From Bispira polyomma (Eukaryota), in contig OZ287751.1 in the NCBI GenBank assembly GCA_965649765.1, positions 31,868,001 through 31,932,000 on the forward strand: DNA of 64,000 nucleotides, read 5' to 3'. The translations under genes and the position numbers were made by a program. The notes beneath the pieces were generated by a model that saw only the letters and a program-made list of their open reading frames with translations, was not told where the DNA came from and ran no database searches. The stretch's first letter is position 1. Each line of letters opens with the position of its first letter. Below, piece after piece: positions 13,396 to 24,309 of the stretch.

Positions 13396-15114
13396 ATAGT
13401 TGAATTATTCACCAGAAATTTTGAAAACCAGAAAATTTGTACAGTAACTATATTTACTTTATTAAATGCCTTTATATATACATGGATTTCTCCTGAAAAA
13501 CAGTACACCCACAACCACACACAGTGTTAAAACGTTTTATTTTATACAAATGTAAAACGGTCCTGTTTAACACTTTATAAGAGGACTTTTCAGCTTACTA
13601 TTGTATTTGATTCTGATTTTCTTTGATGCAGATTTCTGTCCAAACCTAGTCTTGCAAGCCCATATTTCAGAGAAAAAAACTTTTAAACCATTTGGCTTTG
13701 TTCACTCCAATACTTTATACACTTGAAGTTAATATAACTTATGCTGCCATATTTGAGAATATTTTAAAGCCCTACATTATCAAAAAATGGTTTGGGTGCA
13801 CTAGTAACCTTTAGATTTATGTTTTTACTTTTACAAGTTATCACTGCCATAAGAAACAGCAATTTTCCGTGTCTAATAGCATTGTCCCTAACAAAACAAC
13901 AAAGGTTCTCTATTTGTTTATTAGGTTACTTATGCCTTCAAAGCCAGCCGAGTTCACATCAATAGCTATGTGTTTGCAATGGCAAGATGTTCCCTGGGTA
14001 GTTAGTCCCTGGATATGCCCTATTAACTGAAAGACGTCTATCTGTCTATCAGCCCCCCCACCCCCACCCCCAACCACCCCGTGTGTGCGTTATAAGATTA
14101 TGTATGTCTTTGGAAACATATGGAGCAAGTCACTTGATCTCTGTGATAAACCTGTTGGACTGAAACAATGTGGTGACAAGATGCATGAGACTGTGATAAC
14201 CTTTCCTTTATCAGGAGTGTTAATTTTATTTTGAAAAGGGCACGGCCATGCTGGAAATAGGTAAAGCCTCCATTGGAAGCAATTGACCCGGCGAAACTAA
14301 GGAGTATCAGATTTATATATTATCAGCCACAGCCGCCATGTTGGAAATAATATGTAAAGCAATCGACCTGGCCAAACTGAGGGGGTCAATACTGTGTACC
14401 AATGTCCTTTTCCAAAGACAATACATTTAAAGCATTTTTAATGTAAACAGCTTGACTGACCAGCCTGACCACAGATTTCTAAATAAATTTTAAAGCATTA
14501 ATCAAAGAAGTTTCCTAGTTAGAAAGGTGAGAGATGTCAAAAGGTCAAAATAGGAGGTGAGACGTGTGAAGGTCAAAGGTCAGAAGAAGAGGGAATAAAA
14601 CTATAGTTATTTTATTTTGTTTTTATTTTTAAAGGAAAAAATATATTTCTTAAAACCATTACAAAATTTTATTATGATTACATGATTTACACAATTATAT
14701 ATAAACATACAAATTCTTTTAATTTAATAAATAACAAATGTATTGCATCATATTTCTTGTATTAATGACATAAAAAACAACATGGATACAAACACAGCAA
14801 AAACTTTTACTATCCAAACATGTTGGAAGAGCAAGATTGTATTAGGACAATATAACATTCATTAATAGAAGAGGCAATTAAAGATAAAGCTATAAAACAA
14901 TAAAAACAATTTTAATATGTTCATAAAATTATGTATTTGGATAATAGAAGGTTGGATAATAAAAGTTTTCTACTATATATATTTACTGATGTACATAAAA
15001 AATTCTCTGTAGTGAAACTTGCTTCTTTTGTTTCAATATGAAATTGTTCTTTTTTTATATGTCCTTCATTTCTCCAAATTATTATCAGTTCCTGCCAGCT
15101 AGTCCTTGTCCCAT

Positions 15115-15471
15115 TTACCACATGAACTTCATCACAGCCAGAACCAAGACCATACAGAGTGAGGCGGTGGTCATACTAGAACCATTGCAGTCATCAGTGT
15201 CACAAGAGCAGGTCTCTGTATCTATACCAAGGAAGCTGAACTCGGTACAGCCAGTGTTGGTGGCATCAACTTCTCCACAGGACCTGCTGGCAATATTTTC
15301 TACCTCAGATTTAACGCATGTAGTAACACCAGAATCACACTCAGTGGATGTATATGCAGTGGGATCAAAAGGGTCACTGCAGACGACACACACATAGCAG
15401 TTAATAGCAGCAACGTCACTGATTGTGAAGCTTGCCACGGCTATAATGACCAAGATCTGAAGAAGAGACAT
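15115..15471 (-). CDS. Three-finger (Ly6/uPAR, Quiver/Sleepless-like) GPI-anchored protein, copy 1 (inverted)
   Basis: 118 aa from the ATG at 15471: signal peptide, 10 Cys (CxxCxxC...CxCxxxxCN), NGSS omega-like site, hydrophobic C-terminus. The ORF-track start at 15495 is a TTG extension. Confidence 0.9.
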   Translation of the reverse strand: MSLLQILVIIAVASFTISDVAAINCYVCVVCSDPFDPTAYTSTECDSGVTTCVKSEVENIASRSCGEVDATNTGCTEFSFLGIDTETCSCDTDDCNGSSMTTASLCMVLVLAVMKFMW

Positions 15472-15544
15472 GTTGATGGAAACAAGGCCTTTCAATACAA
15501 AATGTATGTCAGTTGATGTTGATTCTTCTAGCTGACGAATTAGC

Positions 15545-15579
15545 CAATGAGTTGTCCTGCTAAAAAAACTCCTTTTATA
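15545..15579 (-). promoter_or_regulatory. Candidate TATA + Inr core promoter of copy 1
   Basis: TATAAAAG (15579-15572) with CTCATT whose A (15548) lies 31 nt downstream. Confidence 0.5.
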
Positions 15580-16184
15580 CCAATTAGCTTTATAATACCA
15601 AGCATATGTCCAAGCATATTACATAGTTACGATGTAAACAATCCATACAACAAAAGATTATCAATGTGTAGTCTATTTAGAAATGGTGCATAATCCACAA
15701 TCCGATTATATGGATTATTAGAACCTTCTAAAGGAATATAATTAGTGCTTATACTTAAGATTGGGCCAGTCTGTACTCAAGAGCAAATCCGTTTAGTCTA
15801 GTGTAAATACCACTTGATAAAAACAATACTGTATAAGCCATAAAGAGATAATAGATTTTTTTTGGTTTTTACCTTCTTTTTTAAAAATTTACAAAGACTT
15901 ACAATAATTACATGAATGACACACAGGTGTTAATAATAGGACAAGGTGACATTTATATACAACATAAATAGAAATAAGGACAAAAAAGACAAGAACTGTA
16001 GACATTGCAATTGTATGGTGAAATACTAGTTGTGAAAAGAGTTTCGAATTGAGACCAGTATCTTTTAAATATATAACTATAGTTTGAGGATTTTATTTTT
16101 ACATGTGTTTTATATTTTTAGCAGTTTATATACACTTATAAAGTTGCAGACATCAAATAAAACACACAAAGTCTAGCTGTGTAA

Positions 16185-16382
16185 CATAGTCAGTAAACCA
16201 CACAGGTTCAGCCAGCTAGTCATCTAGCCATCTAGCCATCTATCTAACAAACATTATCTTGAATGATTATATTTTTTTCCAAATTAGAATTACAAAAATA
16301 AAATACCCCCTAGGTGTTTACCATAGTCAGTAAACCACACAAGTTCAGCCAGCTAGTTTTCTAGCCAGCAAACATTATCTTT
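16185..16382. repeat. Local tandem duplication upstream of copy 1
   Basis: 'catagtcagtaaaccacaca(g/a)gttcagccagctagt...aaacattatctt' occurs at ~16185-16260 and ~16322-16382; it is single in the plus-strand copies. Confidence 0.75.
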
Positions 16383-16454
16383 AGTAATTATTATACAGTC
16401 TAGCCAAGAAATAGCTATAATTCATAATACTATACACTGTATGAAGAAGGAAAC

Positions 16455-16734
16455 CAGGGGAGTAGCCAGGATTTTTCATCTGGTACTCCCAAATTAAGCC
16501 AATATATTAGGTTTTTTTTTTTGTCCTACCAAAAATTCAATTCATGAGGGGGGGGGGGGGGGGGGGGACTATGGTAACATAAAAAAATTATTTAACAACA
16601 GCAATCTATGTTACTACTAAAACAAACAGAATAAAAAGAAATTTAAATTTATTTTTTTTTAAATTTATTTTTACTTTCTTGCCATTAAATTGGTACGCCT
16701 GCGCGTATTGGCGTTAATGGTAGCTACGCCCCTG
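16455..16734. mobile_element. hAT-like MITE (TIR CAGGGG(A/C)GTAGC) with 5-bp TSD GAAAC and an internal poly-G run
   Basis: gaaac|caggggagtagc ... gctacgcccctg|gaaac. The empty site aggaaaccaccat is seen inverted at ~21695-21707. Confidence 0.85.
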
Positions 16735-16921
16735 GAAACCACCATTACTGAAGGTTTTTTTACACTAGAGATGGTTGAATCATATAAATGTAGCCACCAA
16801 TCACGCCAGAACCATTATATACACATAAAGGCCCTAATGAGCAAGTATACAGTGCATAAACAAATATCAACAACTGTAGTCTCAGTGTCAACAAAAAGTG
16901 CTGAATGTTGGGTGTATCAAC

Positions 16922-17463
16922 CCACGAAAACGTCAAGTAATGATATGCTAAGGTCACATTTATCTTGGGGACCAGAGCAAATTGTATGGGTCGCCAAATC
17001 CAAATAAGACTAGCTACCGCTACTAAGTAAGCGTGCAGGATGAGGTTGGAAGGGGAGGTCAGGGGAGTAGTCAGGAATGAATTTGGTTGGTCAGTCATCA
17101 AGGATGGGCAGAGTGAAGTAAATAATAGTCAATTCTGTCCTTAGGGGTCAACTAATAATTTAAACAGCAGACCTGTATGTTTGTGCGGTACACATTATCA
17201 AATGATAGTATATTTCTAACTTTATCATGCATGTAATTTCAAACGCTTTATTCTTTATATTTGTATAGGCCCAATATTTTCTTAAAAAACATTGTTGTAT
17301 GCAAATCAAAAAATTATTTGTAACCAAACAATTAAAAAAAACCCAGAGCATCCAGTAGACCATAAACCTCCAGCACGGGGTACAAAATCGAACAAGTCTG
17401 TGCTTTAAGTACAAACCATTAAACTTAGACCTCTTAAAATTTGGGCAACTATTAGCATATCAA
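16922..17463. mobile_element. ~540-bp insertion with subterminal inverted repeat, probable DNA-transposon remnant
   Basis: Interrupts sequence that is nearly contiguous in the array spacers (ctacttt...gttgatacacc). tgatatgctaa at 16941 and ttagcatatca at 17452. Confidence 0.5.
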
Positions 17464-19729
17464 AAAAGTAGATAAATAACTTCTTTAACCAAAATACCAA
17501 TTATTTGAGTTAAAAGGTAAATACACAACGTGCAATAGATTCCCCATTTAGTCTTCACTGGATCTGCACCAAAGTTTAAGGGTTTCTTCTTTGGCCCATG
17601 CCCTAGTACAAAGTCTAAATTGTATAGTAATCTTGACGTAATCGTGCAAACACGCCATTGCCTACTGATGACAACCCAGACTGTATTGTAGAAGTATCTG
17701 TTTGGGAGAGCGAGGGCCTTTGCGAATAAATATATCATGGGCGCTAAATAAACAGTAGGACAGAGCTGATTAAATGTTTTACATCATTCTTTCGGTATTC
17801 AGTCCAATGCACTTGATGCACAATATGGAGCCCATAATAGGACAAACATATATTTTTCCTGGCTTATCAACTTGTACTGACGGCATACTCTCATACATAC
17901 GACTTAATAAGTTGTGATCATGGGATGAGGGGTGAGTTTAAGTTAATGAGTTATGAGCATGAAATAATTTGGTACTCCCCACTTACTTTAATTATCTGGT
18001 GAGCATAGGATGTCGTTGTGTGTGAAATCATTTTGTGCTCGCCCAATTTAAAAAAGCTTTAAGCATCAAAGCATCTTATGATCACGAAATGATTTTGGTA
18101 TCATAAGAAAATAAATCGTTCAAACAAAATGATTTTGTAATCATAAATAGATAATATAGGAAAAAGTATATGGATGTCCTTATAGGGGCTCCATAAATCA
18201 ATAGATACCATGAATCTGGTCAAATTATCATCAGCATCCTAATAAAACGAAAGCTGAAATGTAGGAGTATTTATAAGTAACATTAAAGTAAAACATCCAC
18301 TTAAAAATGATTACACATTTTTACAGTACAAAAATGGTAGCAAGTTGGATCTAAAAATGATTTAAAAAGTCTAACAGAAATAATGAAAACCGTCTTATTA
18401 CATAAGAGACAAAATTATTTCAATCCTTATAACCTTCTCTCTTTGAAGGTATTCTGCTTGTATAAAAGTAGACCACTGATTTTTTTTCTAATGCTTTTTT
18501 CCTTGAAATTATCATAATTGACAAGCTAACGTGTCACTTAGAAATATGGCATTGCCTGCTTTGAAGGTATGCTTTGCTCTGTTATCACGTGTTGGGCTAA
18601 AAGTTCAAATACTTTTGCCGTCAAACAATAAGCTAAATTAGGCCTACTAAATTCAAATATACAAATAATAAATGATTAATCTTATTTGTTTTGTATTTAT
18701 TTTTGTCTATCCAAATGTTTACACCTCCTTTTAAATTATGGCTCGGGTACCAAAGCATGTTATACATATACAGCTTTATACCAAGTCTGTTAGAACTTGT
18801 TGGTATACAGTGTAATGAAGATTCTTTAAGTTCAATCTGTTTCCATTTATCCACTGCTGAGGCCCAGTTGGTAAGAGAGTAACTTAGGAATACAGAGGAG
18901 CTGGGTTTGATCCCTGTCTGAGGCTCCCCGATACAGATATTTGGTGGATTCAATGACCACTTAAAATGGGTTAAACTATTCACCAAAGACCGGTTAATTG
19001 TTTTGCCTTTTTTCGACCTGGTATAATTCAAAAGAAAGGCCAATAATCTGCATGTTTATCAGCACTGTAACAAAAGGACATCTGCATATCTGCTGACAAT
19101 TACTGTGTGTATGTAAGCCATAAGACCTTCATCATACAGGAAGAACTAGAAATGGTGTCAACGTGACACAGATGTATCCCCAGACAAGTCAACACTTCAT
19201 TGATTTTATTGCAGAGACCCATTTTGTCACTGTTTACAATATCTCTATTGCAATAACTGGATGCAGTTGGGTTAAATACAAGTGGTATCACTATTTTCTA
19301 GTGGTAGGTTTGTCATTGAGTTGGCAATGTATGGACAGTAACTGATCTGTACCATAAAAGTTAAAACTATATATTACAGTACAGGTGTATGTATGTACAT
19401 GTACAATTGTATGGCTGAAAACTTGATGTCAGATAATTTTAAAGGCCATGAATATTTCACCAACATCTAATCATTTTTCTTTTACCCTTTTATCCCGCAC
19501 AGTTAGTAGTGTTTTCTTCTGTTAGGAGATTTAGGGATTTCATTTATGAGGATAACAACAAATTTTGCAAAACTCATAATCCCTAAACATTCTGCAAACT
19601 GCTAAATACTCATTAAAATGTAAAAAATATAGTTAAAAAAACTTTTTTTAAAAAAAATACTCATTTCTCAATTGATTGTGAGTTACAGGGAAATTCTTCA
19701 TTTAAGTACATGTTTTAAGTTAGTCAGAA

Positions 19730-20908
19730 ATTAGACATCCTAAACTTTATGGCAGTGATAAAAAAACCCCGAAATCTAAAGGTTAGTAGTGTATCAAGGC
19801 TATTATTTGTTAAAGGTCTTGTATACTTCAGTTAGAATTTAAATTCTATAGGGCTAGAGCAAGTTCTAAAATATGGCACCATAAGCTATTATTAACTTAA
19901 AGTTTACAAAGTATTAGATTTAAGAGTTTTTTCTCTAAAATACGGGTGTGCAAGGCTCTAGCTTTGGTCAGAAATCTGCTGCAAAGGAAATCAGGACCAA
20001 ATACAAAAGTAAGCCGAGAAGTCCTCTTAACAGGACCGTTTTACACTTGGATGAAGTAAAACTTTTAACACTGTGTGTGGTTGCAGGTGTAAAGTGTTTC
20101 CATAAAAACCAAGGTTATATACAAGGCATTTAATCAAGTGAATATGGTAATTGTGCTCTGTGCTTTTGTTACAAATTTTCTGGTTTTAAAAATTTCTGGT
20201 GAATTGTTTAACTATTCTTCGTCTAGTGGTTAGAACTAGTCGCTTCACATTTGCTGGCTTCTCACCAATATGGGTTCAAATCCTGTTTGTTCCTTCATGT
20301 AGGAAACTCTGTCAGTTACTTGCCATAGGCTGGTGACTTTCTCCACTGTTAATTTTGGCTGTCATGATATGATCTGTGGTTCTTTACCCACTCACCCCAT
20401 TTAAAACCTAGTTTGAATATTATTTCTTTTATGTGTGACGTAGCCTTGCTTGTATTTGTTAAAGGTTGGTCTCATTCAAACATGCACCCATGACCCTTTG
20501 TAAAAAATTTCCCCACTCACCTCCCAAAAATCCCCTCCCCAAACGAAGGGGAGGCAAGCTCAAAACAAAACTGTGACGGCAGTGCCGCAAAAATGAAATG
20601 TATCTTTACTAACACTCACTAGTGAGAAACAAAAGACATAACTGACAATAACGAACTAATACATCACTAATACATCACCAACCGCAACGTAAGGTTCTTT
20701 AACTGCAACTAATTGCATCCAAAGCAAAACGAGGCAGAACAAGCCAACACAACCTGCTACTGACAAGAAATGATCCAAATTTAACCAAGACGTATAACCC
20801 TCTGACTCCTTCCTCTAAAAAAACCCTCACAAAGCACATTCATCCCTAAACAGTTCAAAACATTTGTGATGGCGCTACTAATGCTCATGGGTATTAACAA
20901 AGACTCCC
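19730..20908. repeat. Block A: inverted paralog of ~12710-13878
   Basis: Multiple collinear inverted matches, e.g. 19746 ttatggcagtgataa with 13852, 20221 gtctagtggttagaa with 13390, and 20899 caaagactccc with 12710. Confidence 0.88.
20215..20380 (+). mobile_element. Degenerate tRNA-derived SINE (paralog of 13235-13395)
   Basis: gtctagtggttag A-box-like motif, gggttcaaatcc B box, gtcagttacttgccataggctggtg core. Confidence 0.7.
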
Positions 20909-21532
20909 AAAGCGCTCCTTATGTACACAAAATTGAAACAAAGTTGAAACCTATTGTCACTGATCACTACGAAGATATCCTTGGTGCGTTCGTTAATCAT
21001 CTGTCAAACTAGATTACGTCCATCCTTAAATTCTGTGTATGCTATTATTTGTGATGGATGATGTGCAATTATAGTCATTCTTTTACAGTGGTTATTAAAA
21101 CTGTGCTAAATGTATTATGAGTAGTCTCGAATAGTCCTCAATTAGGTGAAGGGTACACCTTATGTTGTCATAGAGATCACCCAAAGGAAGCAAGAAAACC
21201 TGTTTTTCTCAGCTATACCTAATGGCATAGAACAGTGTGTGTATCCTCAATCTTACATTTAAATGCAAATTTAATTTTGCCTGACATTTTTCTGTAAATC
21301 TTAGCGTTTCAACTTTCTAAATTCCAGAATTTAGATTTTTTTCAGTATGGCTGTGTATTATATTACGATGGACAGTTTATTGGTGGAAGAAAGCAATACA
21401 GGATAGTTGGTCATAGTGCTTTATAAATCTACAGTAATTGTAATTATAATCTGCTCTAGGCTAGGCTCTATCAGTAACTTTATCTTTAGTTTGTTTTTGT
21501 GTTGCTCTGCTTTAGTTTTGCAGTTTACTGAA

Positions 21533-21616
21533 ATCTGCTTGCTCATTAGGGCTTTTATGTATCTGCTTGCTAATTAGGGCTTTTATGTATCTGCTTGCTC
21601 ATTAGGGCCTTCAAGT
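21533..21616. repeat. 28-bp tandem triplication (atctgcttgctcattagggcttttatgt)x3
   Basis: Period 28 at 21533, 21561 and 21589. The same triplication occurs at 48181-48264. Confidence 0.9.
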
Positions 21617-22242
21617 GTAAATTAATGTTTCTGGTCTGATTGGTGGCTACGTTTATGTCGTTTAACCATCTTTAGTATATATATTACTTAAGTGATGGTG
21701 GTTTCCTACTGCATACCCTCTATAGTATTATGAATTATGGCTATTTGTTGGTTACACCGTTATTAAAATTATTAAATATAAAGTTTGCTAGCTAGATGGC
21801 TAGCTGGCTGAACTTGCGTGGTTTACTGACTTAGTGATATTACATAGCTAGATTTTGTGTGTTTTATTTAATGTTATATGTGTAAAATGGTATATTAAAA
21901 TTCAAAAATTTTGCAACTTTACAACTGTACATAAATTTCTGGAAATATAACACATGTAGAAACTATGTGTCTTTTATGTTATTATTGTAAGTATTTGTAA
22001 GTTTTTAAAAAAGGAGGTAAAAAGCAAAAAGAAAATTTCTCTTGAGTACAGACTGGCCCAATACTAAGTATAAGCACTAATTATATTCCTTTAGAAGGTT
22101 CTAATATTCCATATAATCGGATTGTGGATTATGCACCATTTCTTAATAGACCACACAATTATAATATTTTGTTGTGTGGGTTATTTATATCGTAACTATG
22201 TGACATGCTTAGACATATGCTTGGTATTATAAAGCTAATTGG

Positions 22243-22277
22243 TATAAAAGGAGTTTTTTTAGCAGGACAACTCATTG
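22243..22277 (+). promoter_or_regulatory. Candidate TATA + Inr core promoter of copy 2 (same module before all copies)
   Basis: TATAAAAG at 22243 and CTCATT with A at 22274 (31 nt). Equivalent TATA starts at 28021, 34803, 40225, 45728, 48961, 54325 and 60004, with 30-31 nt spacing. Confidence 0.5.
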
Positions 22278-22350
22278 GCTAATTCGTCAGCTAGAAGAAC
22301 CAACATCAACTGACATACATTTTGTATTTAAAGGCCTTGTTTCCATCAAC

Positions 22351-22707
22351 ATGTCTCTTTTTCAGATCTTGGTCATTGTAGCCGTGGCAAGCTTCACAAT
22401 CAGTGATGTTGCTGCTATTAACTGCTATGTGTGTGTCGCCTGCAGTGACCCTTTTGATCCCACTGCATACACATCCACTGAGTGTGATTCTGGTGTTACT
22501 ACATGCGTCAAATCTGAGGTAGAAAATATTGCCAGCAGGTCCTGTGGAGAAGTTGATCCCACCAACACTGGCTGTACCGAGTTCAGCTTCCTTGGTATAG
22601 ATACAGAGATCTGCTCTTGTGACACTGATGACTGCAATGGTTCTAGTATGACCACCGCCTCACTCTTGATGGTCTTGGTTCTGGCTCTGATGAAGTTCAT
22701 GTGGTAA
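22351..22707 (+). CDS. Three-finger GPI-anchored protein, copy 2
   Basis: Intact 118-aa ORF, 10 Cys. Variants L4F, A70P, T87I, L106. Duplicated tail at 22708-22776. Confidence 0.92.
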   Translation: MSLFQILVIVAVASFTISDVAAINCYVCVACSDPFDPTAYTSTECDSGVTTCVKSEVENIASRSCGEVDPTNTGCTEFSFLGIDTEICSCDTDDCNGSSMTTASLLMVLVLALMKFMW

Positions 22708-24309
22708 ATAGGACAAGGACAAACTGCCTCACTCTGTATGGTCTTGGTTCTGGCTCTGATGAAGTTCATGTGGTAAATCAGACAAGGACTAGCTGGCACT
22801 GACAATAAATTGGAGAAATGAAGGACATATGCAAAAAGAACGTTTTCATATTGAAACAAAATAAACAAGTTAACTACAGAGAATGTTTTACGTACATCAA
22901 TAAATATATACAGTAAAAAACTTCTATTATCCAACCTTCTATTATCCAACCTTTTATTAAAATTAATTATTATAAATTGTTCTTATTTTTTTATAGCTTT
23001 ATCTTTAATTGCCTCTTCTATTAATGAAGTTTCTATTATCCTAACACAATCTTGCTTATCCAACATGTTTGGATAGATAAGGTTTTTCTGTATTTGTATC
23101 CATGGTTTTTTTTATCGTTAATACAAGCAATCTGATCCAATACGTTGGCTATTTATTTAATAAAAATAATTTGTACATTATATACATATAAATCATGTAA
23201 TCATAATAAAGTTTTGTAATTGTATAAATAAATATTGTTTTACGATTAAAAATAAATACAAAAAGACTAAATATAGTTTTATTCCCACTTCTTTTGACCT
23301 TCATATCTCTTACCTCCTATTTTGACCTTTAGGCATCTCTCACTTTTCTAACTAGGGAACTGCTTTGATTAATGTTTTAAAATTTATATGGAAATCTGTG
23401 TTCACACTTTTCAATCAAGCTGTTTACCTTTGAAATGCATTAAATGTTTTGTTTTAATTTTGTCTTTATATATTACCATGTGCTTTGTTGTAAATAAATA
23501 AAACAAGTGTAGTCTTTTAAAAAAATACAGGCGCACAATATGACTGACACCCCTCTGTTTGACTAGGTTGATTGTTTTCTATCAACCCATGAAGGCCTGA
23601 CATACTATTTCCAACATCTCTGTTGCCCCGGGTCAATTGCTTCCAACCAGTCCATTAGGGTGTTAAATATTTCCAATGGCCGGACCATTTTCAGAATAAA
23701 ATCAACATTAGACTGCGCCTCATAAAAAGAAGATGTCACCACAGTTTTCTGCAATTGGCAACACATTTAGACAGACTAGTTTATCACAGAGATTTGTAGT
23801 AGTGCATTTTTAGTTCCAAATTGTTACCATTTTATATTGCAAAAAAGGTGTTATTATTCTTAAGTGGATGTTTTAGTTTGTTGTTACATATAAATAATTT
23901 CAGCTTTCGTTTTATGGTGATGATTTATTCAGATTCATGGTATCCGTTGATTTATGGAGCCCCTATGAAGACATCTATATTTTTTCCCCTTTCTTATTTA
24001 TTCATGATTACGAAATCAATTAAATCATTTCGTGATCACAAGGTGCTTAACAATTGTAATTAATCTTTAATTGCTGTTTAGTTGTTAGGGTGTAGCTCTA
24101 AAAGATTCACATTTTGGTCAGACAATCATATATCAATTACAGTTAGAATAGATAGTGATGAATTAATATATATATATCAGAATAATCAGATGGAGTTCTC
24201 GCAAGGCAATAAGGGGGAATAAAATTGTGAAGGACACATGTGCAGTAAAAAATTAAAGACTAAGAATTAACTTGATCATGATTAGGTGATCAAGTCATGA
24301 AAAAAAGTT

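Noticed and set aside
18855-18930. tRNA-like sequence in the centre of the inversion (and the other SINE heads) as real tRNA genes
   Set aside because: Only degenerate A and B boxes, with no complete cloverleaf.
22425-22949. Long antisense ORFs overlapping every gene copy (MNFIRARTKT...GSLQATHT)
   Set aside because: Shadow frames of the real CDS. Their starts and lengths vary with flank indels, and they recur only because the DNA is duplicated.
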